A DNA stretch of 64,000 nucleotides from Callorhinchus milii (GCF_018977255.1 NW_024704742.1:82090001-82154000); one strand, 5' to 3'. Shown: positions 1 to 13,384, counted from the stretch's first letter. A program made the numbers and translations. The notes: a model not told the origin generated them from the letters alone.

Positions 1-200
1 GCCAGAGACACAATGCTAATTTGGACTCGCTCCCAGATATCCCTGGGCTGTATAAGTGACTGAGCCATTATTCCTCAGGTGCTGAAGCTGATATTTTGGC
101 AGCAACAATTCCATGTGTAATGGATAATAGATGAACATTTCCATTTAAATATACAGAGTGCATTCACTGATTATCCGTAATGTTTCTGACCTCTGTGATC

Positions 201-595
201 ATAATATTCCTTGCATTTGATATGGCGCCTTTTACGCCAGGCGGGCATCTCAAATCAATTCACTGGATTTACTGTAAAGCGGAGTGACTGTTTGTTTGTA
301 GGCAATCACAGCAGCCAATTTTACACAAAGCAATATCGCATTATTAAGTGAATGACTTTTTTTATTTTGGTGGCGTTGTTGGCCAGGATTCCCTTCTCTT
401 TTCGAATATCTTGAACAGGCAACCGGAACCTCGGTTTACATCTTATCCAAAGGATTGCACCTCCAACAATGCAGTACACCCCTAACTTAGATAATATAAA
501 TTCCAAGTCAAAAAGTGGAGCATGAACCACAACCTTCTGATTCAGAGACGAGAGTGCAACCAGCTGAGATACATGCCAGTAGCTCATTCTGACAC
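201..595 (-). mobile_element. Older tRNA-headed DeuSINE-like SINE with L2-type tail
   Basis: The reverse complement reads: tRNA-like head (ctcagctggttgcactctc...gaatcagaaggttgtggttc), central block (gtactgcattgttggaggtgc...gatgtaaaccgagg), tail ...atatcaaatgcaagg. The same layout recurs many times in the window. Confidence 0.75.
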
Positions 596-1439
596 ATGCC
601 AGTAGCTCATGCTGGGAACTTTCCAAACCAGTGGGACCTGCCGACCAGCAGAGATGTGCTTGGCTTGCAAGATTAGTGAATGGTCAGAGAATTCCTCCCC
701 ATCGCTCACTCACAATGTTGAAGTTTGTGCACTTTTTTTTATAATGCAAAGTGTAATTAAATCTTTGAACTGACAAACTCAGAATATTACTGACAACTGG
801 ATGGATGATCAGTCTTGTATGTGAATTACACTGACACACAGTAACGATTCTTTCTCACTGTGACACCAAGGTGTCTTTCATTCTCCACATTTTTCCATCT
901 GTTGTTATTTTGCCATTGAGGACAAGGAATTTAGGACATTGCCTTGCCATGGGAGTTCTTTAGTGCTGCATGACAATGTTTGTGTTGGTACATTAGTCGG
1001 TGGCCTTAGGGAGGCTATTCAAACTACCTAGACGTTTCAATAACAGGAAATGATTACCTTAAAAAGTACACAAGAGTCAGTAAAAGCTCTTCAATTCAAA
1101 AGACTTATGTTGAAATCATGAAGGTTGACCACAGGCAATCTCCCACAAGAGAGTAAGTCTGCTAAAGCTGTTGTTATGTTTTGCATGAATTTATAAATAT
1201 CAACACGTGGAGCTTGCATTTATATTGTGTCCTTCACATGGCTCAGTGTTTGGCAGAGCTTAACGGTGATGGAGCATGTCTCTGAGCCAGGGTTGTATTG
1301 TTTGTCAATCCACAACATAGTTTAACTTCAATAGATTCTTTATTTCAACCTTAACTTACACTCTCTTCAACACTCTGCCCAATCCCTTTCCAGAATCCTT
1401 TTATGCTTCCTGCTTACTTCTCATTGTCAATTAAGCCTT

Positions 1440-1730
1440 AAAGCAATACTCAAAAAGGGGAAGCAAGGAGATGACCGAGGGCATCATTCAGGTGTGATCT
1501 GAAGATGGGCAAGGAGGAGGCAAGGTGGAGTGATTGAGGCAGAGAGTTTGAGGCAGAGCATTCCAGAATTTCGAATCGTAGTGAAAGCTGTGAAAGATAG
1601 AATGGAGGGGACGAGATACGCAAGACACTGGAGCCAGCTGAGCAAAGAGGATTAGAGAGGAGTGGGTTATAAACAGGTCAGAGGTGTAGGGAGGTGCCAG
1701 GGCATGTAGTGATTTTTTCGTGGGTACGAG
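1440..1730 (-). mobile_element. Degenerate L2 LINE 3' fragment
   Basis: Minus-strand translation KSLHALAPPYTSDL resembles the KALHGLAPPYL motif of the L2 copies at 12700 and 63530. Confidence 0.55.
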
Positions 1731-1787
1731 GGTCACTCAGATCATCAAGTGGAGTAATATTCACACCTTCTCTGATCAGAAAAAAAA

Positions 1788-1902
1788 TAAATAATAATAA
1801 TCCTTGCATTAGATATAGCGCTTTTCACGTTGGGAGGATGTCCCAAAGCGCTTCACAGAACACACTGTAAAGTGAATTGACTGTATATTTGTGGGCGAAA
1901 CA
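1788..1902 (-). mobile_element. Young SINE 3' fragment (gggaggatgtcccaaag tail variant)
   Basis: (aat)n tail followed by ccttgcattagatatagcgcttttcacgttgggaggatgtcccaaagcgcttcacagaacacactgtaaag, nearly identical to 30233-30393. Confidence 0.85.
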
Positions 1903-2256
1903 AATATAGAATTATTGAAGAGTAGATTTCCTTCCAGCACACAATTATGAGACTGACAATGCTTTGAGAGACCAACAATAAGTGTGGTATAAAATATGTG
2001 ATTAATTTATTCCTCCAATATGTTTTATCCCAGCGGATATTCTGTAGATATTCTGATATATTGAACTAATTTATTGAAAGCTTGGGTCACTCCAACAATA
2101 TTAGGTAGAACCTTTCCCCTTCTCCAAGTCAACCCCCAATGAATACAGGCTGAACAAAACGATATGCTTATATGTCCTGAGTCAGCAATGTTGTGTATTG
2201 CCTCTGCATTGCTACAGGTTGCTAAGCAAGCTTTGCACATGCCCACATTCATTTCA

Positions 2257-3075
2257 AAGAATCACAGAAACGTACAGCACAGAAGGAGGCCATTCAGCCT
2301 ATTGTGCCTGTGCCGGCTCTTTGAAAGAGCTAGCCAATTAGTGTCACTATCCTGCTCTTTCCCTGTAGCCTTTCATTTTTGTTCAAGTAAATATCCCATT
2401 CCCTTTTGAAAGTTAATATTGAATCTGCTTCCATCACCGTTTCAGACAGTGCATTCCAGATTGTAACAACTCGCTGCATAAAAAAAATTCTCTTCATCTC
2501 CCCTCTGGTCCTTTTGCCAATTATCTTGAATCTGGTTACCGATCCACCTGCCAGTGAACAGTTTCTCCTTATTTACTCTATCAAAGCCCCTCATAATTTT
2601 GAACATCTCTATTAAACATCTCTAATAAATCTCTCCTTACCTTTCCCTGCTCCAAGGAGAAAATTCATTTACTCCCTGGCACCTCCCTAACTCTCTGACC
2701 TCCTCACTCCCCAATCCATAACCCAGTGCCTCCACTCGATTAGCACTGGCCTCCTGCTCGTCCCTCGCACCCTCTGCCCCACCAAAGGAGGTTGTGCTTT
2801 CAGCCATCACACACCAAAACTCTGGAACACTCTCCCTCAATCCCTCCACCTTGCCCCCTCTCTCTAATCTTTCAAGTCCTGCCTGAAGACTTGCCTGTTC
2901 AACCGTGCTTACAGCCACCTCCCCACAACTTGGAGTCACTGTTAAGCGCTTTGAGATGCTCCCCTGAGATGGAGGGAGCTAAATGAGTGCAAGTTATTCT
3001 TGTTGTTGTAAGGAGAACAATCCCAGCTTCTCTAGTCTCTCCACATAACTGAAAACCCTCATCCCTGATATCCTC
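2257..3075 (-). mobile_element. CR1 LINE 3' fragment split by an L2 insertion
   Basis: CR1 3' end (acagcacagaaggaggccattcagcc) at 2275. CR1 sequence stops at ...ctgctccaaggagaa (2661) and resumes at aaggagaacaatcccagc (3010). Confidence 0.85.
2662..3009 (+). mobile_element. 5'-truncated L2 LINE 3' end with 8-bp TSD
   Basis: L2 3' region ending aagcgctttgagatgctcc...gcaagttattcttgttgttgt, flanked by AAGGAGAA at 2654-2661 and 3010-3017. Confidence 0.8.
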
Positions 3076-3109
3076 TATCAATATTACAGAAATTACAATG
3101 GATCTACCT

Positions 3110-3212
3110 AGACATCAGGATAAATGAGGCTCAGTTGCCATGCGTTTGTCGAATTGCCTGCCAACATTTACTGTAAGGGTACACACATAACTAATGGCCA
3201 TTTGGGGAGTTC
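3110..3212 (+). mobile_element. LF-SINE-like fragment (3' half)
   Basis: gtcgaattgcctgccaacatttactgtaagggtacacacataactaatggccatttgggg resembles the recalled LF-SINE consensus and the copy at 57055-57197. Confidence 0.6.
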
Positions 3213-4104
3213 ACCACAGAACTCTTCTCAAGTGGGAAGGATAAATGAATCAAATATCTTCAGGTGAGCAGAGGAAGAGGAGAGGAAATAATTGCAGAAT
3301 GGTGAATCTTGAATGTTAAATGATTTCAGGCTGTGTCCTAATCCCAGTAATTAAAATCACAAGCAATCATAACAAGATAATTCAAAACTGTTCATCGTGG
3401 CAGCTGGATTCTTGAATGAGAATCATTTAAATGATCATTAAACAAATACCTCCCAGATAGCCTTTATTTGTTACGCCAAACGTCTACTTCTTTTCATCAA
3501 AATATATATTTAAAGGCCTGTGCGGTTAGTGCTTTGTATTAAAATGAACAAATCTGCTCCTAGCTGAGATTAATTGTTTTACACAAGTGTACTTTGTCAA
3601 TGCTCACCTCCTGCTGCTCAATATACAAACATGATTCCATGTCCATTGAGACGATGAGTTCTAAATCAGAATTGAGTTCACAACTTATGGCTATTCTAAC
3701 AGAATTAACAGAATTGTTATTATGCAAATCAGACTCAAGGAGAACCGGTATCTTATGCAGCTTTTATGAGTTTGGCTCCCGAGGCAAGACTGCCTTTGGA
3801 GGAGAGACACTTGATTATCATTTCCCAACACCAAATCTGAGTGAATGATGCTTGGATTCAGGTTCCAGTCTGAGATTGAGATCAGGTTTCAGTCTGTGAA
3901 AGATGCTATATAAATGCAATTTGCTGTTGCTACCTCTCCACACAGGAGATCTGACTTCCTACTGAAAAGGCCGACACACAATTCCTTGTACCCTGAAATC
4001 GTAGACTTCATTAGAGGCTGCAATCCGCCATCAGCCTCTAGTTTGGCTTTAGCAGGTTCAGCATAAATACCTAATATAAAGCAATGTTATATTTTAATCC
4101 ACAA

Positions 4105-4395
4105 AACGTAGTCCAGGCTGACACTCCATCAAAGATGCCATCCTTCAGATGAAACATTGTGATATCCATCTATCTGTTCAGATGGATTTTAATGATCCCT
4201 TGACACAACATCAAAAACAGAAGGCAGCTTCTTCCCGTGTCCTAACCAACAGCACTTGAAATAAATTAAACGCTTATCTGGCTGCTTGTGTTACCTTGCC
4301 GTTTGTGAAATGGCTGCTGGTTTTGCCTGCAGAAACTGTCACTAGACATTTTAGTGCCTGAAAAGCACTTTGAGACATTTCGATGTTATAAAAGA
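4105..4395 (+). mobile_element. Degenerate DeuSINE-like SINE
   Basis: aggctgacactcc...gatgccatccttcagatga...tgttcagatggat...gatccc...aagcactttgagac, collinear with 22262-22745 and 55024-55466. Confidence 0.65.
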
Positions 4396-5440
4396 AAGGA
4401 CACAAGAATTAGTGCTGTTATTCAAACATAATGTTTAATTGCAAAATTATGAGTGCTCGGGTCAAGTAACCATTTTGGAGCTTCTAGCCAAAATGCAGAC
4501 TCATCTCTTTCACAGGTTACAGGTCAAACCTCAGCACTTTCTGCCTGTCTGGTAAATTGTCTGTCTGGGACCATTATATAACGGTTCAGAAGTGCTTGCT
4601 TGTGCATTTTTTGTTTAACTTGCTGTGTGTCCTCCAGCCTTAATGGAATTAGTAAGTATCGTCACCAAACTGCCATGGGCATGGCCGCTGCAGAGATGCT
4701 ATTTTGCTTGAGATGAAGCTACCTTAGCATAAAATCTGATGTAAAAAGTTGAACCTTCACACAAGCCAGTGACCTCTGCAGAAAACTGTGCAAGACAATG
4801 AAAAAGATCTTGTTTTCAAAACAAATACAAGTTTCCCCACACAAACTGGGAACTCAAGAATATTGGTTACTCATTGAATTAGCTAGCCATTGATTAACAT
4901 TTTTAATTGATTGATGATCACAGCATTAGAACTAAGGGAATCCTGAATTTCTGACAAGTATTTATTATACATGTGTGTATTATTAAAATAGATCCAATGT
5001 TGTGTAGCCATATTTTGTTAAGCTAAGCTTTAAAGGAATATTTTATGGCTGGTAATGATGAAACTGATTTTGTTTCGGAAAATTTTCTCCTACCTCCAGA
5101 GTGGGGTGGGGGAGTTTATAGGAGCGAGGAAGAGAAGGGGTTGGAAGCTCATGTGGAGTGTAAATATTTGCTGGACATGGACTGAATTGCCTGTTTCCGG
5201 ATTGTATTACTCTTTGTAATTCTATATAACTCCATTGATATTCCTCTACTTGTTTAACACTTTCATTGTGTCTTTGTTGCTGTACCAACACACCCATGCT
5301 GTCACTGATCTTATACAGTCAATTCACTTTATAGTATATTGACTGTGAAGTGCTTTGAGATGTCTCAAAGACATGATTTGGCACTACATCAAAAATGACG
5401 ATTATTATTATCTTTCCTTCCTGTACTTTCTGGTAAACAA

Positions 5441-5670
5441 GGAAAAGTTCCACCTGGATCTCAATTTACTCACGTAATACTTTAGAGCTTTCAGAATTTT
5501 GCAAATTGCTGAATTTAGTCTTAGCTTTGAAGTCAATTTCCTTAGCTCTTTAAAGAACTGATAGAAAATTGGCCTGAAAATTAAAGTTACATTTAAAAAT
5601 TTGCCAAACTCTGGAGGGTCTGAATGCTGCATAAATAAAATGACTTGAGACACAAGTTGGAATTTCTCCC
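5441..5670. mobile_element. Fold-back MITE-like element, copy 1
   Basis: Collinear with 34286-34503. Its left end ggaaaagttccacctggatctcaatttactc is nearly the reverse complement of the right end of copy 2. Confidence 0.6.
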
Positions 5671-5871
5671 GCAGATCCCATGACATAAGTTGAAAATAGG
5701 AAGTCTTGCCAATAATAAGTTGAGCATTCGCCTCATGGGATTTTAATAGGCAGAATGACTGCCAAATTCACCTGAAAAAAAATGTCATTACACATCACAA
5801 TTATAACTGAGAATTACTTGAGATGTTTTTCAACATTTTCAAGCATTCTGAAAATACAAACTTTTTCTATC

Positions 5872-6360
5872 ATTTTTACACGAATGGTACTAGGAATGAG
5901 GGATCTTGATTATGAGGAAAGGCTAGAGAGGCGGGAATTATTCTCATTGGAGCAGAGAAGGTTATGAGGAGACCTAATAGAGGTCTTCAAATTCATGAGG
6001 GGATTTGATAGGTTAGAAAGGGAAAAACTGTTTCCACTGGTGGGTGTGTCGGTGATTCGAGGTCACAGGTTCAAAATAGTCTCTAAGAGAAGCAGAGGGG
6101 AGGTGAGAAGACATTTTTTTCACGCAGCGAGTTGTTCGAATCTGGAACGCATTGCCTGAAAGGGTGGTCGAGACCGATTCGATAACTACTTTTAAAAACG
6201 CGGTGGACGGGTATTTGAGAAGGACGGGTCTGAAGGGTTATGGGGAAAGGGCTGGGGAGTGGGATTGACGTTACATTGCTCTTTTCAAAGAGCCGACACA
6301 AACTCGATGGGCCAAATGGCCTTTTTTTGTGCTGTACGATTCTCTGATTCTATGATTCTT
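5872..6360 (+). mobile_element. CR1 LINE 3' fragment
   Basis: Encodes FTRMVLGMRDLDYEERLERRELFSLEQRRL (CR1 ORF2 C-terminus). Ends gatgggccaaatggcc...tgtgctgta plus (gattct)n tail. Confidence 0.92.
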
Positions 6361-6414
6361 TGATTTCATTTCTTTTGTTTCAATTTCTTCCATGACAAGA
6401 AGGATACTCTGTAC

Positions 6415-6507
6415 CTAATTAGAGTTGAGGTATAGATCAGCCATAATCTAATAGAATGGCAGAACATGCTTCATGAGCTAATGGCCTACTCCTCTTCCTA
6501 TGTTCCT
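6415..6507 (+). mobile_element. CR1 3' end, different subfamily
   Basis: agatcagccataatctaatagaatggcagaac...atggcctactcctcttcctatgttcct. Confidence 0.6.
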
Positions 6508-6669
6508 AAGAGAAAAGACACTCTTATCTGGCAAGACTAGTGCATTTATTGATAACCAGTGAACAACAAGAAGGACTAATCATCGACAGGAGGATAGGAG
6601 ATTTTAATGCTTCAGGTTATGAGTGGCTTTACGTGAGGGTTAAAAAAAACAAGATCCACCCAAGTTTTG

Positions 6670-7000
6670 TTGGAATAGGAAGCAGGGATTCTTTCCACTC
6701 AGCTTTGTTAACTCGGAAAGCCAAAGCCCTAACAATTATGGTGGTCATTGGGAAGCTTGACAGACAGTGTTCACATGGCAAGCTGTGCAGTAATAGCTGG
6801 CTAAATGTCAGCAATATCTCAATACATGCTCTGGGGTCCCCAAGCCTTGTTTCTTGCCGTTCTGTGCCTAACACTCTGTGGAATTAGCAAAGCAGGTTTT
6901 GATCCCTCTGGGGAGTGAGATTATGTTCTTTCCCAGACATGGAATATCTCTGTGTCTGTGTGGCATATGTATATGGAACACTTGTTCTAATGTTAGGTAT
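6670..7000 (+). repeat. Unclassified interspersed repeat family, copy
   Basis: gcagggattctttccactcagctttgttaac...ccaaagccctaac...atggcaagct...ctctggggtccccaagccttg aligns by eye with 31085-31560 and 53685-54205. Confidence 0.7.
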
Positions 7001-7014
7001 CCACTCGTATCAGT

Positions 7015-7312
7015 CAACAACAATTTGCACTTATATTGTGCCCTCCACGCAGGGTAGATTCTCAGAGTGATTAACAGTGGTGGAGCCTGACTTTGAGCTC
7101 TGAGCCGGTGGTGGGAAGAGGGGTGGTGGCCGTAAGTACCGTCGAAGAGAAAGGTCTTCAGGCAGGACTTGAAAAAGAGGAGAGAGGGGCAAGGCAGAGG
7201 GATCGAGGGAGAGTGTTCCACAGTTTTGAGCTGTAGTCACTGAAAGCTACGTGAGGGTGGAGGGTATGAGGAATGAACAGGAGGATGGTGCCTATCGAGC
7301 GGAGCGGTCACT
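7015..7312 (-). mobile_element. L2 LINE 3' fragment
   Basis: (caa)n tail plus ttgcacttatattgtgcc. Body homologous to 2662-3009 (ORF track: EHSPSIPLPCP vs EHSPSIPPPCP). Confidence 0.8.
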
Positions 7313-7594
7313 TGGCTGACCAGAAAAAAATGTGTTGAAATCTGCCATTAATTTGTATCAAATTTCATTAATTCACATGTGAGTAGATTTCAAACCTTAT
7401 TGATTGATCTTTGATAACCTTAAAAGCAAAGGGTCTCAGGAGTATGATGTGAACACATGATTTGGTTCTATTACCTGATGATATATTATCCGTTAGCAAA
7501 GCAGGATGAAGGAATGAGCACTTAGACAGCTTCAGCTCATCTGATCTGATCCAGTGATCCATCGCTGATCCCTCTAGAATACGTTCCCTACCAT

Positions 7595-8060
7595 CATAGC
7601 ATCAAGCTACTTTTTAAATTATTTCAGTGTACTGACATCAAACACTATTCCTTGGAATCTGTTCCAGTCGTTAATTATCCTTTGATTAAAGAAAAACTTT
7701 CTGGTATCTAGAATTATAGAATCATAGAATATTACAGCACAGAAGGAGGCCATTCGGCCCATCGTGCCTGTCCCAGGTCTTTGGAAGAGCCACCCAATCA
7801 TTCCCACTCCCCCACACTTTCCCCATAGTCTTGCAAATTTTTCCTCTTCAAGAATCTATACAATTCCCTGTTCAAAGTTCTTATTGATTCTGTTTCCACC
7901 ACCCTTTCAGACAGTGCATTCCAGACCGTAACAACTCTGTGCTGAAATTGTCCTTTGTATTTTTAAATTTATGTCCTCTTGTTCTTCTGTCTTGGTAGGT
8001 CCTGAAGTATTGTTCTGGATTTACTTTTTCAGTCCCGCTTAAAATCCTATACACTAGGAT
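7595..8060 (-). mobile_element. Old CR1 fragment with a younger CR1 3' end nested at ~7715-7942
   Basis: Old copy encodes RKFFFNQRIINDWN. Younger copy has a (tagaat) tail plus acagcacagaaggaggccattcggcccatc. Old copy resumes at ctgaaattgtcc (~7943). Confidence 0.7.
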
Positions 8061-9003
8061 AGCAGCGGAGGGTTAATGTACCTTCTGATAAGCAGAAGTC
8101 TGGATTGTAAAACCACATAGTTTATATCTGTACAGCTCTCCAATTCTGAGAGCTGTTACTATTTCAGCATCTTTTAGATGAACACCAAAAGCCAGCTTTC
8201 TTGACAACCCTCATTGTTTGAAACACCATCAGGGGATTAACTTGCATCATTTTTAGGTTTGAGCAGACCAGTCACTGTTAAGAAGATGAAATGTAGACTA
8301 GAGGCTGCGCTAATGTCTCAGTTAGTGTACCTTTGACGCTGGAGTAAAACACTATATATGTTCTTGTTCTGCGGGTCTATTGAATTAGCATGAAAGGTCA
8401 CGCAGTAAAATGCAAGAATGGTTCAGTAAATCTGATCATCCTTAAAGACTGTGTAGTGAAGTGAAAAGCTAACTGGATTAAGCAGACCTTGCTGTCCCCA
8501 GCAGTATACACAATTAGTGCAGAAACTACCTAGGACAGCAATTATTGTTCAGATGATAACATGCTGATTTGGCATTGCAACCAGAAGAAAGGGATGTGCA
8601 TGGCCCTTATTGATGTGAGAAAGTGACTGTTTTTTTTAATATGGAACAAAATTGCTCTGATCTCTGACATGTTAACTTGAGTAAAGCACACAAAGAAATC
8701 AACAACAACTGAAGCAAAAAGGATATCATTTACAGTTTGAAATAGTTTTTCAAGTTTGCCCTTAAACACTATTACAAAATACTAAAGTTTTCCATTTTCC
8801 ATGCTACCGTTTTCTCCTTGTATTGAAATATTTTAAAAGGATTTAAAAATAAGATATTTATTAGCATATGTTCACTTGAACATTTATGATATTGGGGACA
8901 AGACTAGTTTTGGCATCTTTATTTTGGTAGGTAAATAGTTGTGGACTATCAGGATTCAGTTTTAATACACAATATTGTGCTTCATCAAAATCCTAGTGAA
9001 AGA

Positions 9004-9137
9004 CTCATAGATTCATAGAATGTTACAGCACAGAAGGAGGCCATTCAGCCCATCGAATCTGTGCCGGCTCTTTGACAGAGCAAGTCACTTTCACTAACCC
9101 CAATCACCAGCTTTCTCCCCATAACCCTGCAAACCCA
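9004..9137 (-). mobile_element. CR1 3' end (same subfamily as 32336-33430)
   Basis: Near-identical to 32339-32472 (catagattcatagaatgttac...cactaaccccaatcaccagctttctccccataa). Confidence 0.9.
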
Positions 9138-9462
9138 TATTTGACAAAAAGAGTGTACATCTTGTTTTAGTCTTTATTCCACAAAATGTCCATGTTTCTA
9201 CATTTAATCAACAACAGCAAGACCTTTCATGTTGTTGGGCATGCATCCCAAAGTGCTGGGATATAACACATGCCAAGTAGATCAGTAAGTTTATAGTCTC
9301 TAGCGAAACCTGATATTACTGAACTTGTGCATTGAGTATGCTGTAGAATTTTTGGGATGGAGTTAATGGGAGCAGAGGGCCTTGCTGGACATCTGCATGC
9401 AGAGAAGGGAGGATAGACACTTCCAAGAGGGCAAATTCCATCTGAGCATTTGCTCTGCTGAT

Positions 9463-9680
9463 AGATACTACCCCAGGGAGCTGGTGTGCAGCAGGAAAAT
9501 CAACCTCCTGCAATTTACCAATGAGCAATGTGTGAAGAGGCTTTGGCTGAGTCTGGAGCAGTGGCATCTGCTATTGGGATGCCTGCAAGACACTCATCAG
9601 TTCAAATAATGCTGCTAATAGCAGTGAAAGTGAATACTGTCCTTGGTGTTTTTGCTACCAGCTCATTCAAGGCACTCTCT
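9463..9680 (+). pseudogene. Degenerate PIF/Harbinger (HARBI1-like) transposase N-terminal fragment
   Basis: Two frames join to give RYYPRELVCSRKINLLQFTNEQCVKRLWLS ... LLIAVKVNTVLGVFATSSFK. This resembles the Harbinger pattern (xxEQCxxRLRLS ... AVKVxxALxFFATGSFQ; HARBI1 ALGFYTSGSFQ). Frameshifted; no DDE core seen. Confidence 0.65.
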
Positions 9681-10301
9681 GCAGCAGCACTTGAACGAGT
9701 CATTGTTCTACTCCAGCATTGAGATATTTGACATCCTAATTAGGAAGAATCCTCAGCATATATATACATATAAATACACACACATATATTGTGTATATTA
9801 ATACATATATAGACACACAGATGCACAGATACTGAACTGTAATGTAATCGCTTATCAAAGACAGAGATGCTAACCACAAGATCGCAACGACGCGATTGGA
9901 AAGGATTCTGGGGATTGAAGGTCAACCACATTGATCACAGAGGAAAGATCACATGCACTAAACTCCAGTACCTGGGTAGAACTCACCCTCTGGCATCTGG
10001 AAATCATAACATCACCTGAGAAGTTTGAAAGGGAAGCAAGGATGGAAGAATGACTACAATGAAAGATGGGATTGTCAGCAATGCTTTGCCTCCTGATACC
10101 TCTGAATAGCTGCTGACCTCTCACAAGAAATAATTTATAGCCAAGTATATAAGCAATCGAGGTTGCTAAGCTGAAAGAGTTTGACATCCTCTGACAAAAA
10201 GGTTTTGCTGTTTGTATTATTTAGGTCATGCACTGCAATATAGCTTACAGAAAGTGGTTGTAATAAGAAAAAAATGCTGTATGTTGCAAAGACACTGAGA
10301 T

Positions 10302-10344
<43 letters not shown>

Positions 10345-10347
10345 AAA

Positions 10348-10415
<68 letters not shown>

Positions 10416-10416
10416 A
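10302..10416 (+). repeat. (GAAA)n microsatellite
   Basis: About 115 bp of near-perfect GAAA repeats with one AA interruption. Confidence 0.98.
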
Positions 10417-11590
10417 GCTTGTATTTTTATTGTACCTTTTAAGATTTAAAACATAAAGAGTTATCATATGTTTATGGTGGACCAGGCTTGATGAGCTGAG
10501 TGGCCTTCTCCTCTTCTGATGTAATGGTGTCACCTCCCCATAAGGTATGTTAAGCCTTAGGCGATATTATCACACTTAGCATAATAGAAAAGGTGCATTT
10601 TTAATCCGTTTCAAACATTTCCATAATAGCAAGCACATAATTTGATGATTATGGAAGTTGAATGGAAATGAACTGTGAAGAGCCTTCTTTCTTCATTAAA
10701 CCTGAATGAAAATTGTAATTGAATTTGGAATTCATATGTGCAGGATTGTAGCAAGGGGGAATCACCCAAAATACTTTGATGCATAACCTGCTGGATTACG
10801 GTTCATATTGGGCTTGGAAAGTTCAACAAAATTAACTAGGATGTGAAATGCTTTTTCACATTTTGATAACATGCTCTAATAATGTTACCCAAACTACCGA
10901 CACAAACCCGAAAATAAAACACAGCAAAAATTCTTGCTCGACTTGCTCTTGGATTCACCAACCACCCTCGACCGTTAGTTTGCGGAAGCAATGATACACA
11001 ATTCAGACAGCACAGAATAAATAAGCCTACATTTGAGTGAGTGCAAACAACAGCCTGTACTGCTGCCACCTGGATTTGCAGCCTCTCTGCAGATGTTTCA
11101 TTCAATCCCCACAAGTGTTCACTGTTTCGGTGCCCCCAGATCAAATCAAGTGACCCAATAAACCCAGTGCCTATTTTAGAGTTGACTCGTTAATCATGCT
11201 TCTGTGAAAAATAAAAGCATTCTACCTGGCATAGAATAAGTATTTAAAAAAAAATACTTTGTTTGGAAATCTTATCAAAATGATTGCTTTCCTTCCCTTC
11301 TGATTTTCTGAAGGTAGCTATCAGAAAGTCAAGTTATTAATTGTTATAATATTTAGATAACTCCATTGAAAGAATAGAATTATAATATTTTCTCAGTGCA
11401 GGATGGGACAGGACAGGAGAGGGCTCGGGTGAGAGGGGGTATTGAAAGCTCTGGAAATTATACCAAAAAGGATTTTTTTTCCTGTTGTGTAAATTTTTGC
11501 CACAGTGATGTGGGAACAAGGGAATATCTCTGGAATTTCCATATGTAGGTGGGATGCGTGGAGCTCTGTTTGGTTTGGATACTCTTAAAA

Positions 11591-12765
11591 TCATCTCCAT
11601 CTTGAAAAAAACCTTCCCTGGATCCATCCCTCCTCTCCAGCTACCGCCCCATCTCTGACCTCCCATTCCTCTCCAAGGTCCTGGAACGAGTCGTAGCGTC
11701 CCAGCTCCGCACCTTTCTCTCTCGCCATTCCCTCTTTGAACTCCTCCAATCCGGCTTCCGCGCTGCCCACAGCACGGAAACAGCCCGGGTCAAAGTCACT
11801 AATGATATTCTGAACATCTGTGATCAGGACTCCCTCTGCTTCCTTGTCCTCCTCGACCTCTCTCCCGCCTTCGACACTGTCGACCACTCCATCCTCATAC
11901 ACCGCCTCTCTGCTTTACTCAACCTTCACCGATCTACCCTTGCCTGGTTCGATTCCTATCTCTCTCACCGTCTCCACTTTGTTGCCTCTAACGATTTCTC
12001 CTCCAGCTCCTGCACTGTCACGTCTGGCATCCCCCAGGGCTCTGTCCTTGGCCCTCTCCTCTTTAATATCTACATGCTCCCCCTTGGTGACATCATCCGC
12101 AGACATGGGGTCAACTACCACATGTATGCGGATGACACCCAACTCTATCTTTCTGCCTCCACCCTCAACTCCAGGACAACTGCTGTCCTGACAGACTGCC
12201 TGTTGGACATCAAGTCCTGGATGAGAGCAAGTTTCCTACAGTTGAATGTGAACAAGACTGATTGGCTCACACCAGCGCCTCTGCACTTCAGGCTCTGGCA
12301 ACATCAACCTCCATGGTTGCTCACTACAATTCACTAAGCCAGTCAGGAACCTCGGTGTCTTATTTGACCATCAACTGTCTTTTCTCCCCCACATTCAAGC
12401 CATGACCCGCTCTGCCTTCCCTCACCTCCGTAACATCAACCGACTCCGCCACTACCTACCCCTCAGGCCGCTGAAACTCTTGTTCATGTCTTCATCACCT
12501 CCAGGCTCGACTATGCAAACGGCCTGCTTGTCGGCCTTCCCAAATCCTCCCTCCCCAGACTGCAGATAATCCAGAACTCTGCAGCCCATGTCCTCTCCCG
12601 CACCAAACTCCGTGACCCCATCTCCCCCACTCTCACCCGACTCTATTGGCTCCCTATCCTTCAGAGGATCCAGTTCAAGATTCTGTTCCTCACATACAAA
12701 GCACTCCACAGCCTCGCCCCACCCTACCTCTGCGACCTCCTAACCCCCTATCAACCCCCCACTCT
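11591..12765 (+). mobile_element. L2 LINE ORF2 reverse transcriptase fragment (inactive)
   Basis: Motifs QSGFRAAHSTETA, LLDLSPAFDTVDH, GIPQGSVLGPLLF, YMLPLGDIIRRHGVNYHMYADDTQLYL, KALHSLAPPYL. Frameshifted and truncated at both ends. Confidence 0.95.
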
Positions 12766-13384
12766 TCAGAGCCTATTAATTCCAACTCAGAATCATAAGC
12801 AACAACAACGAGATTACATTTGTATAGCGCCTTTCACATCGGGAGGACGTCCCAATGCACTGGACAGTGTACAGCATTTCAGACCTTAAACATTTTATTT
12901 AATAAACACTTTATTTGTGGAATCCCACAATCATTTGAGATTAACAATTCAATCCGAGTTCTTTCATTAATATTCATCCTACAGATTGTCAAAAGGGATC
13001 GTAATTTGCAGTGTTCCAAAACTGGAATACTTGCAGTCTGCAGTATTGGAAGTGATAGTGTGTCAACCCGACACACGCAGCATGGCTTTGTTTGTGACGG
13101 TATGTGGCATCTGTTCAGATTCAATTGGAGCTTCCAATTTCAAACAGAAATGGGAGGTGAATTCGAGTTAACAGATTCTAAATCAACATGTGTTGAATTT
13201 AAATGTACCACTGCACTGTGAACGTGCTTTACTAACTCGACGGCAAGTGCCACAGAACAGTCACGTGCGCACACACACAAACACACACACATTGATATAA
13301 AAATGTTTTTGCTATTGTGAAATTCACTTGAATTGCTAAAATGGACCTCCACAGCCTCAACTAACCCTACTGACCCAAAGCCTC

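Noticed and set aside
9980..10020. Minus-strand donor GG|GTGAGT with a nearby acceptor (possible 29-nt micro-exon)
   Set aside because: Such splice-like pairs arise by chance in 64 kb. No recognisable peptide; RNA-seq would be needed.
10135..10533. 132-aa ORF with FFLS repeats
   Set aside because: Translation of the (GAAA)n microsatellite.
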